A stretch of 64,000 nt of DNA from Candidatus Altimarinota bacterium (GTDB lineage Bacteria > Patescibacteriota > Gracilibacteria > CAIRYL01): the NCBI GenBank assembly GCA_965250085.1, contig OZ252287.1, positions 928,001-992,000 of the forward strand, given 5' to 3'. Position 1 is the stretch's first letter; each line of letters begins with the position of its first letter. Of the stretch, positions 27,999 through 38,139 are shown one piece after another. Below the pieces are notes generated by a model. It ran no database searches and was not told the origin of the DNA. It saw only the letters and a program-made list of their open reading frames with translations. Position numbers and translations under genes: made by a program.

Positions 27999-28168
27999 AC
28001 AATACAATAGGTATAAAGCCAAGAAAGTTTAGTGATTCAATATTGAAAATGCAAGATTCAATTTTGGATTTTTTATTTCACATCTTTTTATGTGTGAGAA
28101 AAAGAACAAAGTTGATACGTACATAGCAGAGAGTCTTGCAAATGGGAATTATTTGTCCATAATATCTG

Positions 28169-28741
28169 ATGATGGAAGCAGAGCATATTATCGGTGAGCA
28201 TGTTTTACAAAATGCTCAAGAAGGAGATCAGGAAGCTTTTGAAGAAATTTTTGAAGCTTTTCTCGCTCCCATTTATAGATTCGTTCTTTTTCGAATTGAT
28301 GACATAGAAAATGCAGAAAAACTAACAGAAGAAATTTTTCTCACCATATGGAAAAGGATTAAAAGATTCAAAAAAGACGGAAAAGCACCTTTTGCAGTAT
28401 GGGTATTTCAGATAGCACATAAAAAAATAGTAAACTTTCTAGAAAGAGTAAAAAAAACAAGCCCTGAAAGACAACAGTTTTTAGAAGAAAGTAAAAGAAA
28501 AAAAAGGGAAGAATTAGAAAGAATCTCTTTCGAGGAACAAGAAAAAAGCATGTTGTCTCGGGCACTTGCAAAAACCCCTTCATCTCAAGCAGAGGCAGTT
28601 ATTCTCAAGTATTTTTGTGGGCTTACCAATGAAGACATTGGAATGATTCTTGAAAAAACAAGTGGAGCCGTCCGAATATTACAATCCAGAGGACTCAAAA
28701 AACTAAGAGAAGCATTTGAAGAAGAAGGTCAGGTAACTTAG
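28169..28741 (+). CDS. ECF-type RNA polymerase sigma factor
   Basis: GDQEAFEEIF...AEKLTEEIFL...WVFQIAH region 2; region 4 LTNEDIG.IL.KT.GAVRILQSRGLKKLR. Confidence 0.92.
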   Translation: MMEAEHIIGEHVLQNAQEGDQEAFEEIFEAFLAPIYRFVLFRIDDIENAEKLTEEIFLTIWKRIKRFKKDGKAPFAVWVFQIAHKKIVNFLERVKKTSPERQQFLEESKRKKREELERISFEEQEKSMLSRALAKTPSSQAEAVILKYFCGLTNEDIGMILEKTSGAVRILQSRGLKKLREAFEEEGQVT

Positions 28742-28756
28742 GAAACATAAATTCTT

Positions 28757-30637
28757 ATGGAAAATTCTTCCGCGTCACTTGAACGGCGACTCTATGAAGG
28801 AAGACACGTTGTTCCTTCAGAGAAATTCCGAGAATCACTAAAGGCTTTTCTCTTTTCACACATGGGAGAGGCAAATGAGGCATGGATACTTCCACTTGCT
28901 CGGAAAATAGGAGAGCAAGAAGACCTCACTCATATTAGAGATATTCTCTGGGAAAACATTGGAACACAAAAAGAATATGAAGAGCAGAGAGAAGCACTAA
29001 ATCCATTGGCACTTCTTAAAAAACCAAAAATCCAAAAAGGAATTACGGCTATCCTTTTGATCACTATCCTCATTTTTGGAGGTGGAAAATTTATACTCGG
29101 CACACAAACAGTAGGAACACATGAGACGTCTGTCGTAAGCACTTCAGAAGAAGCATTTCTTTTACAAGGATCAATTCGTGAGCAACTCACAACAAGTGCA
29201 AATCTTTTAGAAGGCGATACTTTCAGCACCAAGGAAGACACGGCAACGATTTCATTTTTTGACGGGACACTTCTTCATATGGGAAAAAATACGAGCCTTA
29301 TTTTGCAAAGAAATATCCCCCACCCCTCTTTTCCTGACACAGGAGAAATAGACCTCCTTTTAGAGGAAGGACAGATTTGGATTCAAACGAATTCAACTTC
29401 TAATCAAAGCGCAGGCGTTTCTATTATAGCTGGCGATATTGTAGTAATCCCTGAAGCTGCTACGGCTGATATTACGAAAGAAGGCAACACTGTGATGGTA
29501 AGGATATGGGAAAGGAGCGTGAATATCCTTGATCGAAAAAGTCAAAAAAGAGGGATCTTCATAGCGGGAATGAAAGCACGTTTTTCTTTAGTAGAAGAGC
29601 CCATGGTCGAATCGATACAGGGGCAAGATGAATCTGAAGAGTGGATTCGAGGAAGCAAAAATATCGAGAATCAGTATAGCATTGCATCTCGAAAAGAAAT
29701 TTTGGATTCGTACAAGAACCAAACAGGAGTACTCCCAGGCTCTATTTTCTATTTGATAAAAAGGTCACTTGAGAAAGGAAAAGAACTGAGCAACAATCCG
29801 GAAAAACAGTTCCAGAATATAGAAAAAAGATTCCAAGAAGCATTTTTGCTTTCAGAAAAATCAAGAGGAGACCTCGTGCAAAAGACACTTGCCGAAGGAG
29901 TCACATCACTGCAGTCTCTTTTAAGAGAATCTCCGGAATTTAAGCCTTTTGCACTTCATCTCTTTACAAAATTGAAGAAAGAACTTGCCTTTTTTGCAGG
30001 AGATTTACGATATACTGAGATACAAAAAGTCGTTACGGCATCAGAAGCAGAAGTATTTTCGGAAGACCCCATTTTTCTGCATCAGAATATTCTTGAATCC
30101 TTGTGGAGCATTCAATATACTTTTACGGAAAATAAAAATTATGTTCCCAAGGATGAATTTGCAAGATACACAGCACAAAAAGAACTTCTGAGAAATGCCG
30201 TTGCAAAAACTCCAGAACAAAAGAGATCTCTTTTGCAAATCAAGATTCAAGAGCTCCGACTTCTAAACTTTCTCTTTACTAGACTTTTTGCAAAGAGAGA
30301 TATTGAGAGTGGCGAAGAACGTGTTATAGAGGAAGTACTTTCTTTGACAGAAGAACAAGAAAATGTTGCACATCTCCTTTGGAATCCAAAAGCTTTTTCC
30401 AAGTCAGAAAACCCTGTATTGATTTTTGCAGAAAAAGTAGGGATATATGAAACTTTGCAGGGAAAAAAAAATCAGATAGTGCAGCTACTTAGGGAAATAG
30501 AAGACACCCCGCGGTCGCTACCTCTTCTCCACGAAATTCGAAAAGAACTTAACGATGAACTCAGGGACACCCTTACCGAAAAAATGATTGATATAATTGA
30601 AATTGAATTACAACAAACTCTTTTAGCAACAAATTAA
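28757..30637 (+). CDS. Probable anti-sigma factor (TM, FecR-like domain, DUF5667-like segment)
   Basis: Directly follows the sigma gene; one TM; FecR-like ATISFFDGTLLHMGKNT..L.EGQIW; LPGSIFYLIKRSLE motif. Confidence 0.72.
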   Translation: MENSSASLERRLYEGRHVVPSEKFRESLKAFLFSHMGEANEAWILPLARKIGEQEDLTHIRDILWENIGTQKEYEEQREALNPLALLKKPKIQKGITAILLITILIFGGGKFILGTQTVGTHETSVVSTSEEAFLLQGSIREQLTTSANLLEGDTFSTKEDTATISFFDGTLLHMGKNTSLILQRNIPHPSFPDTGEIDLLLEEGQIWIQTNSTSNQSAGVSIIAGDIVVIPEAATADITKEGNTVMVRIWERSVNILDRKSQKRGIFIAGMKARFSLVEEPMVESIQGQDESEEWIRGSKNIENQYSIASRKEILDSYKNQTGVLPGSIFYLIKRSLEKGKELSNNPEKQFQNIEKRFQEAFLLSEKSRGDLVQKTLAEGVTSLQSLLRESPEFKPFALHLFTKLKKELAFFAGDLRYTEIQKVVTASEAEVFSEDPIFLHQNILESLWSIQYTFTENKNYVPKDEFARYTAQKELLRNAVAKTPEQKRSLLQIKIQELRLLNFLFTRLFAKRDIESGEERVIEEVLSLTEEQENVAHLLWNPKAFSKSENPVLIFAEKVGIYETLQGKKNQIVQLLREIEDTPRSLPLLHEIRKELNDELRDTLTEKMIDIIEIELQQTLLATN

Positions 30638-30649
30638 GCACTCATATTT

Positions 30650-32374
30650 ATGAAAAGATTTGCAGATGTCATCGTAACAGGCACTGAGCAAAAAATTGCT
30701 CAAGAAATCATCACTACTCTTCTGAGAGAAGGAAAAGATTGGAATGCAAAAGATATTGAAGAACTTAAAAGCAGATGTACCCGAGGGAATGATATCTCTA
30801 GTTTATCCAATATGAAGATTCTCAAAAGCTATCGTCATCTTATCGCTACCAAGCAAATCCCGGAAACTCCATGGCTCCAAAAAAAACTCCGCAAAAGATC
30901 TATCCGTACTCTTTCCGGCATTGCTCCGATTACGGTACTCACCAAGCCATTTGCGTGCCCTGGTAGATGTGTCTATTGCCCGACGGAGCGTGCTTCAAAA
31001 GATGGGAAGACACTGTTTGAACTCGACTCGGAGAAAAAATATGGAAAACAAAATGTACCCAAAAAGTATAAACGCCCTGGGGCACTTGTCATGCCCAAAA
31101 GTTATATTTCTTCAGAACCAGCAGCAATGAGAGCACTTCTGAACTCATTTGACCCTTGGAAACAAGTCACAAACCGTTTGCAATCCCTGAGAGATACTGG
31201 ACATGAAACCGATAAGTGCGAACTTATTGTGCTGGGAGGAACATTTTCTTTTCTTCCCAAGCGGTATCAAAACTGGTTTGTCAAAAGATGCCTGCAGGCG
31301 ATGAATGGAGACAACACATCTCGCATTCAAAGGAAGACTGTTCAAAAACAAAATGAAGGAGCTGCACATCGATCTATCGGTATTGTGCTGGAAACACGGC
31401 CAGATCATATGGATGAAAATGAAGCACGTCGATTTCGATATATGGGATGTACTCGAGTAGAAATGGGAGTACAAACTCTCAACGACACTGTTTCTGAATA
31501 CACAAAGCGTGGCCACGGAAAGGCAGAAGCAGCGAGAGCTACAAAAATACTCCGCGATGCGGGATATAAAATCTGCCACCATATGATGCCAGGACTCCCC
31601 GGAAGCACTCCCCAAATAGACAGAGAAAGTTTTCATGAACTCTACACATCCTCAGATTTTAAGCCTGATTATCTCAAGATTTATCCCTGCTTGGTTACAC
31701 CTTATTCCGAACTGGAAAAATGGCATCGGGACGGCAAATTTGTCCCCCAAACAGAAAAAGATCTCATTCCTCTTTTACTCGACATCAAAGCCATGACTCC
31801 GCCATGGGTGCGCATTACTCGTTTGATTCGAGATATTCCTCGCACTGCTATCCTTGGAGGATCCAAAACCACAAATTTACGTCAGAATTTGGCAGAGATA
31901 TGTAAAAAACGAGGAACACTTTGCCAATGTATTCGGTGTCGGGAAATCCGAGATGATACTTTTGACCCAGATCAGGTGCGACTCAAAAGGATTGATTATG
32001 AAGCAAATGATGGACAAGAAATTTTTCTCAGTTTCGAAACGTCAAACAACAGGCTTATTGCTCTTTTGAGACTTCGGATTCCTTCTTGGTTTTTTCCAGA
32101 AAAAAATCCAGGAAAGCCAATTTTTACATCTTTGAAGAGTTGTGCGCTTATTAGAGAATTGCATACCTATGGAGAACTAACTCCTATTGCTCAGAAGAAG
32201 GGCACTTCACAGCATCGTGGATGGGGAAAAAAACTCCTCAAGGAAGCAGAACGGATCGTGCGAGAAGAATTTGGTATTCCCCAAGTGGCAGTTATCTCTG
32301 GCATCGGCACCAAAGAATACTATCGGAAACGAGGATACCATGACGAAGCGACCTATATGATTAAATCGCTTTGA
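30650..32374 (+). CDS. Elp3-type radical SAM/GNAT tRNA uridine(34) acetyltransferase
   Basis: IRTLSGIAP, CPGRCVYCP, GGTF, ETRPD, EMGVQ, YLKIYP, RLIRDIP, CQCIRCRE, RELHTYG, QHRGWG, VISGIG. Confidence 0.95.
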   Translation: MKRFADVIVTGTEQKIAQEIITTLLREGKDWNAKDIEELKSRCTRGNDISSLSNMKILKSYRHLIATKQIPETPWLQKKLRKRSIRTLSGIAPITVLTKPFACPGRCVYCPTERASKDGKTLFELDSEKKYGKQNVPKKYKRPGALVMPKSYISSEPAAMRALLNSFDPWKQVTNRLQSLRDTGHETDKCELIVLGGTFSFLPKRYQNWFVKRCLQAMNGDNTSRIQRKTVQKQNEGAAHRSIGIVLETRPDHMDENEARRFRYMGCTRVEMGVQTLNDTVSEYTKRGHGKAEAARATKILRDAGYKICHHMMPGLPGSTPQIDRESFHELYTSSDFKPDYLKIYPCLVTPYSELEKWHRDGKFVPQTEKDLIPLLLDIKAMTPPWVRITRLIRDIPRTAILGGSKTTNLRQNLAEICKKRGTLCQCIRCREIRDDTFDPDQVRLKRIDYEANDGQEIFLSFETSNNRLIALLRLRIPSWFFPEKNPGKPIFTSLKSCALIRELHTYGELTPIAQKKGTSQHRGWGKKLLKEAERIVREEFGIPQVAVISGIGTKEYYRKRGYHDEATYMIKSL

Positions 32375-32377
32375 TTT

Positions 32378-32698
32378 TTAAGCAGCCTTCCTCTTTTCTT
32401 CATTGTTAAGAAAACTGGTGATTCGACCTACCGTTTTTCTAAGAATAGGAGGATGAGAATCTTTTCCAGGGAGACTCAATAGCGACTCGATTTCATGAAG
32501 ATAATTTGAAAGAAGTGCAGCAATAATATCCGTTTCAGAGCTCTCCAAATTTATTCGCTGCAAATCTTTACGAGAAAGACGGATGCCACAAGTATTACCC
32601 AATTGACACTCATTATTAATATACGATTGAGTACGAGTAGCGCCTCCTGACCTTGCTAAATCTTCTTGAATGCATTGCTTGATATCAGGCGATGGCAT
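32378..32698 (-). CDS. Hypothetical protein
   Basis: Fills the gap between Elp3 and prsW with an AT-rich upstream region; no motif recognised. Confidence 0.5.
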   Translation of the reverse strand: MPSPDIKQCIQEDLARSGGATRTQSYINNECQLGNTCGIRLSRKDLQRINLESSETDIIAALLSNYLHEIESLLSLPGKDSHPPILRKTVGRITSFLNNEEKRKAA

Positions 32699-32867
32699 AA
32701 ATAAAATAAACAAATATTAAAAACAAAGCAATTTTAACAATAATAAAAATATATTGCAATAAAAAAGCGAATGTACGAACAGTTGAATATTTAGAATTAA
32801 TATTCCATTTTTGTCAAATATGTGTCATAATAGAGAGAAGAAAAATAAATGAATTCTTCCCTTTTCT

Positions 32868-33752
32868 ATGCCACAGATCTTTACATGGACAGCAGCGGTC
32901 TTTTACGCCATTTTGCCAGCTATTTTTTGGCTCATCATATGGTACAAAAAAGATTCTCTCCAGCCGGAACCAAAAACTATGATTTTGAGAGCTTTTTTCT
33001 TAGGAATGCTGGGAGTACTTCCCTTTTTTGGTATTCAGTTCATGCTTCAAGACAGCTCACACCTTATTTCACTTTGGGAAATTCTTCAGACAAAATACTT
33101 TCTCCTTTCTACCTTTTTCTTTGTGCTGGTATTGGCGGGGCTAGAAGAATTTTTTAAACATTTTTCAGTGGTCTGTATGGGGCGAAAGCTCGATATATAT
33201 TTTGATCAGATTGTAGATGGCATTGTATATTCTGTATCTGCAGCACTGGGATTTGCTTTTATGGAAAATGTTGTGTATTTCGCCAATGCACTCATGCTTG
33301 ATGGTATCTCTCCCTCTTTTCTGAGAATCTTTATTTTTAGAAGTTTTGGAACAATGCTGGGCCATACTATCTTCTCCGGTATTTTTGGGTATTTCTGGGG
33401 ACACGCTCGACTTTCACACACTGTATGCAAAAAAGAACGAAGAATGCACTTTCCTCATTGGCACAATGCACTTCAGACCCTCGAACTCCATATTATTTTT
33501 CACCACATCCTCCACCATCATTCCACAAAAACACACCATCATCGCAGGAGAGATCTTGTCCGAGAAGCCTTTTTCCTCGCGACCTTTGTGCACACAGTCT
33601 TCAATCTTCTCATTATTTTTGAAATCTTTGGCACTACGCTTACACCGCTGATAGCCCCCTTTCTCCTTTTGGGATTTCTCTATCTTTCCCATCAATTTTT
33701 GATCAAGCAAAATATCAAGATTTGGAAGATTCCAAAGCCCAAAAGAGTATAA
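32868..33752 (+). CDS. prsW: PrsW family intramembrane metalloprotease
   Basis: KKD..QPEP, LEEFFK, DGIVY..SAALGFAFMEN, H..FSG..GY, terminal H..FN. Confidence 0.9.
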   Translation: MPQIFTWTAAVFYAILPAIFWLIIWYKKDSLQPEPKTMILRAFFLGMLGVLPFFGIQFMLQDSSHLISLWEILQTKYFLLSTFFFVLVLAGLEEFFKHFSVVCMGRKLDIYFDQIVDGIVYSVSAALGFAFMENVVYFANALMLDGISPSFLRIFIFRSFGTMLGHTIFSGIFGYFWGHARLSHTVCKKERRMHFPHWHNALQTLELHIIFHHILHHHSTKTHHHRRRDLVREAFFLATFVHTVFNLLIIFEIFGTTLTPLIAPFLLLGFLYLSHQFLIKQNIKIWKIPKPKRV

Positions 33753-33770
33753 TACTTTTTGTAAGAACAT

Positions 33771-34151
33771 ATGGCAGACAATCAGACGACATCGGCAGGA
33801 GTTGTCATTCCAGATGACGCGAAGCAAAAATACCCAAAACTCGTAGAATTCATTCTGCAGAGTGAATCAATGAATACAGAAGAGCGGAACTACTGGCTTC
33901 AGGTTCTCCCAGTGATGACTCCAGAGCAAGTAAAAGAGCTCGAAGATATTCTTACAAATGAAAAGAAAAAGCTGGCGGCTATAGATGAAAAATATTCTGT
34001 AAAAAAAGCGGAAGAACCAGCAATTGATATCGAAGAAATAGAAAAGAAGCGAAAAAAAGCCAGAGAAGCAAGACGGACAAAAGAAGAACAAAACAAAGTA
34101 ACTGATGAAAAAACAGCAGAAGCACTTTTAGAACAATTGGAGAGTCTATAA
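33771..34151 (+). CDS. Small helical/coiled-coil hypothetical protein
   Basis: Charged helical protein; shares a motif with 60731..61042. Confidence 0.8.
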   Translation: MADNQTTSAGVVIPDDAKQKYPKLVEFILQSESMNTEERNYWLQVLPVMTPEQVKELEDILTNEKKKLAAIDEKYSVKKAEEPAIDIEEIEKKRKKAREARRTKEEQNKVTDEKTAEALLEQLESL

Positions 34152-34229
34152 GAAGCAGTAGACAAAAATATATTTTAGTCTTGTGTAAAACATGATCGAA
34201 TGTATACTCAAGACGTATTTTAAAAGAAT

Positions 34230-34763
34230 ATGACTGAAATTGCCATATCCCCAGAGTCCGATATTTCTGGATCAGCAAGAGACAATTCTGAATCAGTAGA
34301 AAGAAAATCAAGACTACAGATAGCGAGGAATCTTATCTCGAGCACAAATCAACTTGTAGCCGACACTAAAATCCCACCAATAGAAGGTGCTGTGTCGGAA
34401 AATTTGACAGAACAGGAGGAAGTCATTAGAAGGGCAGTCAATCGCTTTCATTGTGCGTTTGCGGTATTTCTCGGTTCCATGCCCTTTTTCCTAAAAGATT
34501 TCATCGCTTCATCAGGACCTGATGAAGTGACAATGGGAATAATAGCGGCAGCTGCAAGTGGAATAGCCTTGGAGGTTGCAATGATTCTTCAAAAGAGACA
34601 AAAAAGCAACATTAAGGATCAATTTAGAGATATAGCGCCAATCGTAAGGAAAAAATTACAAGAACTTAATGTGAGTATGACTTTGCCAGAGGCAATCCGA
34701 TGCCAGATAGAACAATTGACAGAGCAAACAGAGTCTTTGACAGAGGAGAGATACACGTGCTAA
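34230..34763 (+). CDS. Hypothetical protein with two hydrophobic segments
   Basis: 177-aa ORF with a disordered N-terminus and a hydrophobic hairpin. Confidence 0.65.
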   Translation: MTEIAISPESDISGSARDNSESVERKSRLQIARNLISSTNQLVADTKIPPIEGAVSENLTEQEEVIRRAVNRFHCAFAVFLGSMPFFLKDFIASSGPDEVTMGIIAAAASGIALEVAMILQKRQKSNIKDQFRDIAPIVRKKLQELNVSMTLPEAIRCQIEQLTEQTESLTEERYTC

Positions 34764-34791
34764 CTCTTTTCAAAAAGATCACATCATAAGA

Positions 34792-35454
34792 TTATATGAG
34801 AGAAATTATACTTCCATTTCTTTTTGAGTCCCCATTTCTGTGGCTCCAAAATCTTTGTTGTGAGTCACTGTGAGTACAAAATGCAGGCATTTCAATATTG
34901 CTTGCAGCTACGCCATTTTCTAAAAGCTCCTTTTTTGCTATCTGCCAGAGATCAATTTGATTTTTTTGATGTATAAAGGGATGAAAAAACTCGGGAGTTT
35001 CTTTTTGAGGATTTGTAAACTCCGGAAGATGAATGCTGGGAGAAAGGGCAAGGACAATGTTATGAGGGTGTACAAAATATCTTTTTTGCAAAACGCCAAT
35101 TGTTTTAGTAAATATTTTTTGAGCTAAGCCACGCCAGCCGGCATGGACAGCAGCTATTACCTCTGTTTTTGGGTCATACATAAGAGCTGCCATGCAGTCA
35201 GCAACTTTTACCAAAAGCGGCAGATTTTTTTCAGTCGTAATAAGGGCATCGGTGTTCTCATTTTTTCCAGAAACATCGACTCTTTGGACACTATCGCCAT
35301 GGGCTTGTTTCATAAAAGCAGGAGCAGGAAGATCAAGCTTTTTCCAATCAGAAATATTGTCATTTTCATCTTCCAAAAAGTTGAGTGGCTTCCCACAAAA
35401 CCGGACAAAGACTTTGTCTAAAAATGGCTGAAAGATTTGAGGAGATATCATCAT
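34792..35454 (-). CDS. pgeF: PgeF/YfiH polyphenol-oxidase-like nucleoside phosphorylase
   Basis: QAHG, TDALIT, VKVADC, AVHAGWRG, CT...FWSHR. Confidence 0.92.
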   Translation of the reverse strand: MMISPQIFQPFLDKVFVRFCGKPLNFLEDENDNISDWKKLDLPAPAFMKQAHGDSVQRVDVSGKNENTDALITTEKNLPLLVKVADCMAALMYDPKTEVIAAVHAGWRGLAQKIFTKTIGVLQKRYFVHPHNIVLALSPSIHLPEFTNPQKETPEFFHPFIHQKNQIDLWQIAKKELLENGVAASNIEMPAFCTHSDSQQRFWSHRNGDSKRNGSIISLI

Positions 35455-36245
35455 TTTTTGTATTCTTCAAAAAGAACCTTTGGAAAAATATTGAGCATTT
35501 CTTCTGCAGAAAAGGAGGACTGCTTTTTTGCAAGGATTTCACCACACCTGCCCCAAAGACATGCACCCGATACACATGCATCAAGAGCAGGTATTCCTTG
35601 GGCAACAAAACCAGCCACGATACCGGCAAGAGCATCGCCAGTACCACCAATGCTCATTTGAGGCACTCCAGTTGTGTTGTGAACATCTTTCCCACTTGGG
35701 TGGGCGATGATATCCATCGGGCCTTTTTTTAAAATTATACAATTATATTTTTGGGCCATTGATGCGATATTTGCCTCGCCTGCCTCTCCTCCAAATATTC
35801 TTTCAAATTCTCCTGCATGAGGTGTCAATATCCACTGAGATGTTTTTGGTATTTGCAAAATTTCTAAAATCAGAGCGTCAGCATCAATGACCACCGGGAC
35901 TGATACTTGAGAGAGAAATTGTATAATAGCAGAATGTGTTTCCGGATGCTTCCCCAGTCCGTTTCCAATGACAAAAACATCAGAGTCCGTTTTTAAAATA
36001 GAAGGTAAATCCTTCTGAGTAAAATGCGAATCCTGGAATTCATGGAGAACAAAATTAAGACCCGCCTTTTCCACAGCTTTTCGATGCTCAGAAGGAAATG
36101 CCACAAAAACAAGGTCTACTCCACTTTTTTCCGCACCAAGCGCGGTAAGAATAGGCGCTCCATAAAAATGCTCACTTCCTCCAATGACATAAACTCTGCC
36201 ATTTTGCCCTTTGTGCGATGATGACTTTCGAACAGGGAGTTTCAT
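35451..36245 (-). CDS. nnrD: ADP-dependent NAD(P)H-hydrate dehydratase
   Basis: SHKGQNG, IGGS, GNGLG, DADAL, LTPHAGEF, GGTGDALAG. Confidence 0.94.
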   Translation of the reverse strand: MKLPVRKSSSHKGQNGRVYVIGGSEHFYGAPILTALGAEKSGVDLVFVAFPSEHRKAVEKAGLNFVLHEFQDSHFTQKDLPSILKTDSDVFVIGNGLGKHPETHSAIIQFLSQVSVPVVIDADALILEILQIPKTSQWILTPHAGEFERIFGGEAGEANIASMAQKYNCIILKKGPMDIIAHPSGKDVHNTTGVPQMSIGGTGDALAGIVAGFVAQGIPALDACVSGACLWGRCGEILAKKQSSFSAEEMLNIFPKVLFEEYKK

Positions 36246-36345
36246 GACCTAGAGTGTGTCATATTTTATGTACTCCGAAAAGGATTGCCAAGTGCTAAAA
36301 ACAGTAACATAATATCGCCATTTTAAATCAATTTTCGTAATACAC

Positions 36346-36768
36346 ATGGGAAAAAGAAGACTTCTGAGGGTCTCTCATTGCACTGAAGTGGATGATATCT
36401 TTGAAACAGAAGAGGGAATGCATGCTGTTGAAAGAGTGACAAAAAGTTTTTTCCGTTCGTCAAATAATGATCGAAAAGAGAGTGGAGAAGGTATCAAAAA
36501 TAAAAAATGCCAATATATCACGGGTTCTATCATGCAAGCCGCCTATTTACGAGATATGGATACATTATGGAAATGGGAAGATGATCCCGTTGGACGTCAA
36601 AATCTAAGAGAACTATTAGATAAATTGCCTGAATTGAAGCAGTATGTATTAGACGCCAGCCGATTTTCAAGATCCCATTCTCATCAAGAAAGTATGGACT
36701 TTATAAAGCTATTAGATAAAGCTTCGAATAAAATAAAAAAAGCTATTGTGGCTGTCCTTTGTAGTTGA
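36346..36768 (+). CDS. Hypothetical protein
   Basis: 140-aa ORF filling an intergenic gap; no motif recognised. Confidence 0.55.
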   Translation: MGKRRLLRVSHCTEVDDIFETEEGMHAVERVTKSFFRSSNNDRKESGEGIKNKKCQYITGSIMQAAYLRDMDTLWKWEDDPVGRQNLRELLDKLPELKQYVLDASRFSRSHSHQESMDFIKLLDKASNKIKKAIVAVLCS

Positions 36769-36828
36769 AAAATAATTTGATAATTTATCAATAATAACTT
36801 TTAATACGCTAGACTTTTAAATCCCCGC

Positions 36829-37860
36829 ATTCTGTGGTGAAGTGCACCACTTGGGATAAAAAGATATTAGAGATTGTTATAGAAGTCAAAGACATGGGTG
36901 GGAGTTCTAAAGCCGAGAACTTTCATGGGAGTGTTGTTAAGAGTATCAACAAAGGATTGTAACTGGTTTTGAGAGAAATTCTTGAGGTCAGCTTTCTTAG
37001 GGACAAATTTTCTAAGTTTTCCAATGGCGTTTTCTACAGAGCCTTTTTGCCAAGAAGAGTAGGGGTCACAAAAATAAATAGGGATTCTTAAGTCTTTATA
37101 TCTGGTGTTTTCTACACCGTTGTCCAAGGTAAGTGAGTATGCAGGGAGTTGGTGCAGAATGTCTCCAAATCCCTGCATGGATTCTCTGAGCCGAGACACC
37201 TTCTTCACGAATATTTTACGAGAGAGTCGTTCTCTAACGATGACAAGAGTTTGTGGGGAAGCTTTCTTGGGTCTGCCCATGGTATCTCCTTCGTAGTGTC
37301 CAAATCTTTTCTTCTGGTTGATATGCTGAGGTCTTTGGGCAATAAACACTCTATCTTTGATGATTTCATGCTTTGATTTCTTCTTTCTCCGTTTACGCTT
37401 CCTATATCTCTTGCGATAAAGAAGAGGACATAGGTCTTGTCCGTGTGCACTGTAGAGATATGTATAGATGGCATCTTTCCCAATACGAACTCTCTTCTCC
37501 AAGTACAGTACTCCTGCAATCTTCTCTGGTGACCATTTTAACAACATCTTTTCTCGCATATACTTCTCTATCTCATCATCCTCACGTACCTTCATTCCTT
37601 GGTATTTACTAAATCTTCTTTTGTTCTGTGCTTTTTGATGAGCCTTACACGCATCGTATCCTCCTCTCTTCATCTTCCGCTTGAGCTCTCTGCTGATTGT
37701 AGAGTGACTCCTGTTCATCGCTTTGGCTATCGATCTCATCGAATACCCTTTGGAGTGGAGTATTAAGAGTTCTTGTCTCTCGCTCTTACTGAAGTGTTCA
37801 TAGTTGTTCATGCACCTAGAGTATTAAATTCTTCCGAGGTGGTGCACTTCAAACTCGAAT
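36829..37860 (-). mobile_element. IS30-family insertion sequence
   Basis: Imperfect terminal inverted repeats ATTCTGTGGTGAAGTGCACCACTTGGGA (left) and the reverse complement ATTCGAGTTTGAAGTGCACCACCTCGGA (right) enclose the transposase. No clear target duplication. Confidence 0.88.
36867..37811 (-). CDS. IS30 family transposase
   Basis: HTH SMRSIA...STISRELKR, WSPEKIAG, GHYEGDT, TLDNGVE, FCDPYSSWQKGSVEN, LNNTPMKVLGFRTP. Confidence 0.95.
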   Translation of the reverse strand: MNNYEHFSKSERQELLILHSKGYSMRSIAKAMNRSHSTISRELKRKMKRGGYDACKAHQKAQNKRRFSKYQGMKVREDDEIEKYMREKMLLKWSPEKIAGVLYLEKRVRIGKDAIYTYLYSAHGQDLCPLLYRKRYRKRKRRKKKSKHEIIKDRVFIAQRPQHINQKKRFGHYEGDTMGRPKKASPQTLVIVRERLSRKIFVKKVSRLRESMQGFGDILHQLPAYSLTLDNGVENTRYKDLRIPIYFCDPYSSWQKGSVENAIGKLRKFVPKKADLKNFSQNQLQSFVDTLNNTPMKVLGFRTPTHVFDFYNNL

Positions 37861-38139
37861 TGAGGATCCATTTCATCTGAAACCATGCAACCAATGGATA
37901 AACTCTTCGGACCTGACGATAGACCGGTAGATCAAAAAGAAAATTTGATCCAAGAATTGTACACGAGATTCTCTCAAAAGTTATCAAAAATAACACGAAG
38001 CACCAAAGACAAAATAGCGCGATTTTTGCATTAAGCTCTCCGTCAAGAAGGTTCTTGTGATGAAAAAGAAGAATCTCAAAAATGAGAAGAAGAAAAATCC
38101 ATTTTCTTCTTCCTCAGAACATGCAAAACTACTATCCGC

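Noticed and set aside
37808-37996. Gene interrupted by IS30
   Set aside because: No frame convincingly joins the two flanks and no target-site duplication is evident.
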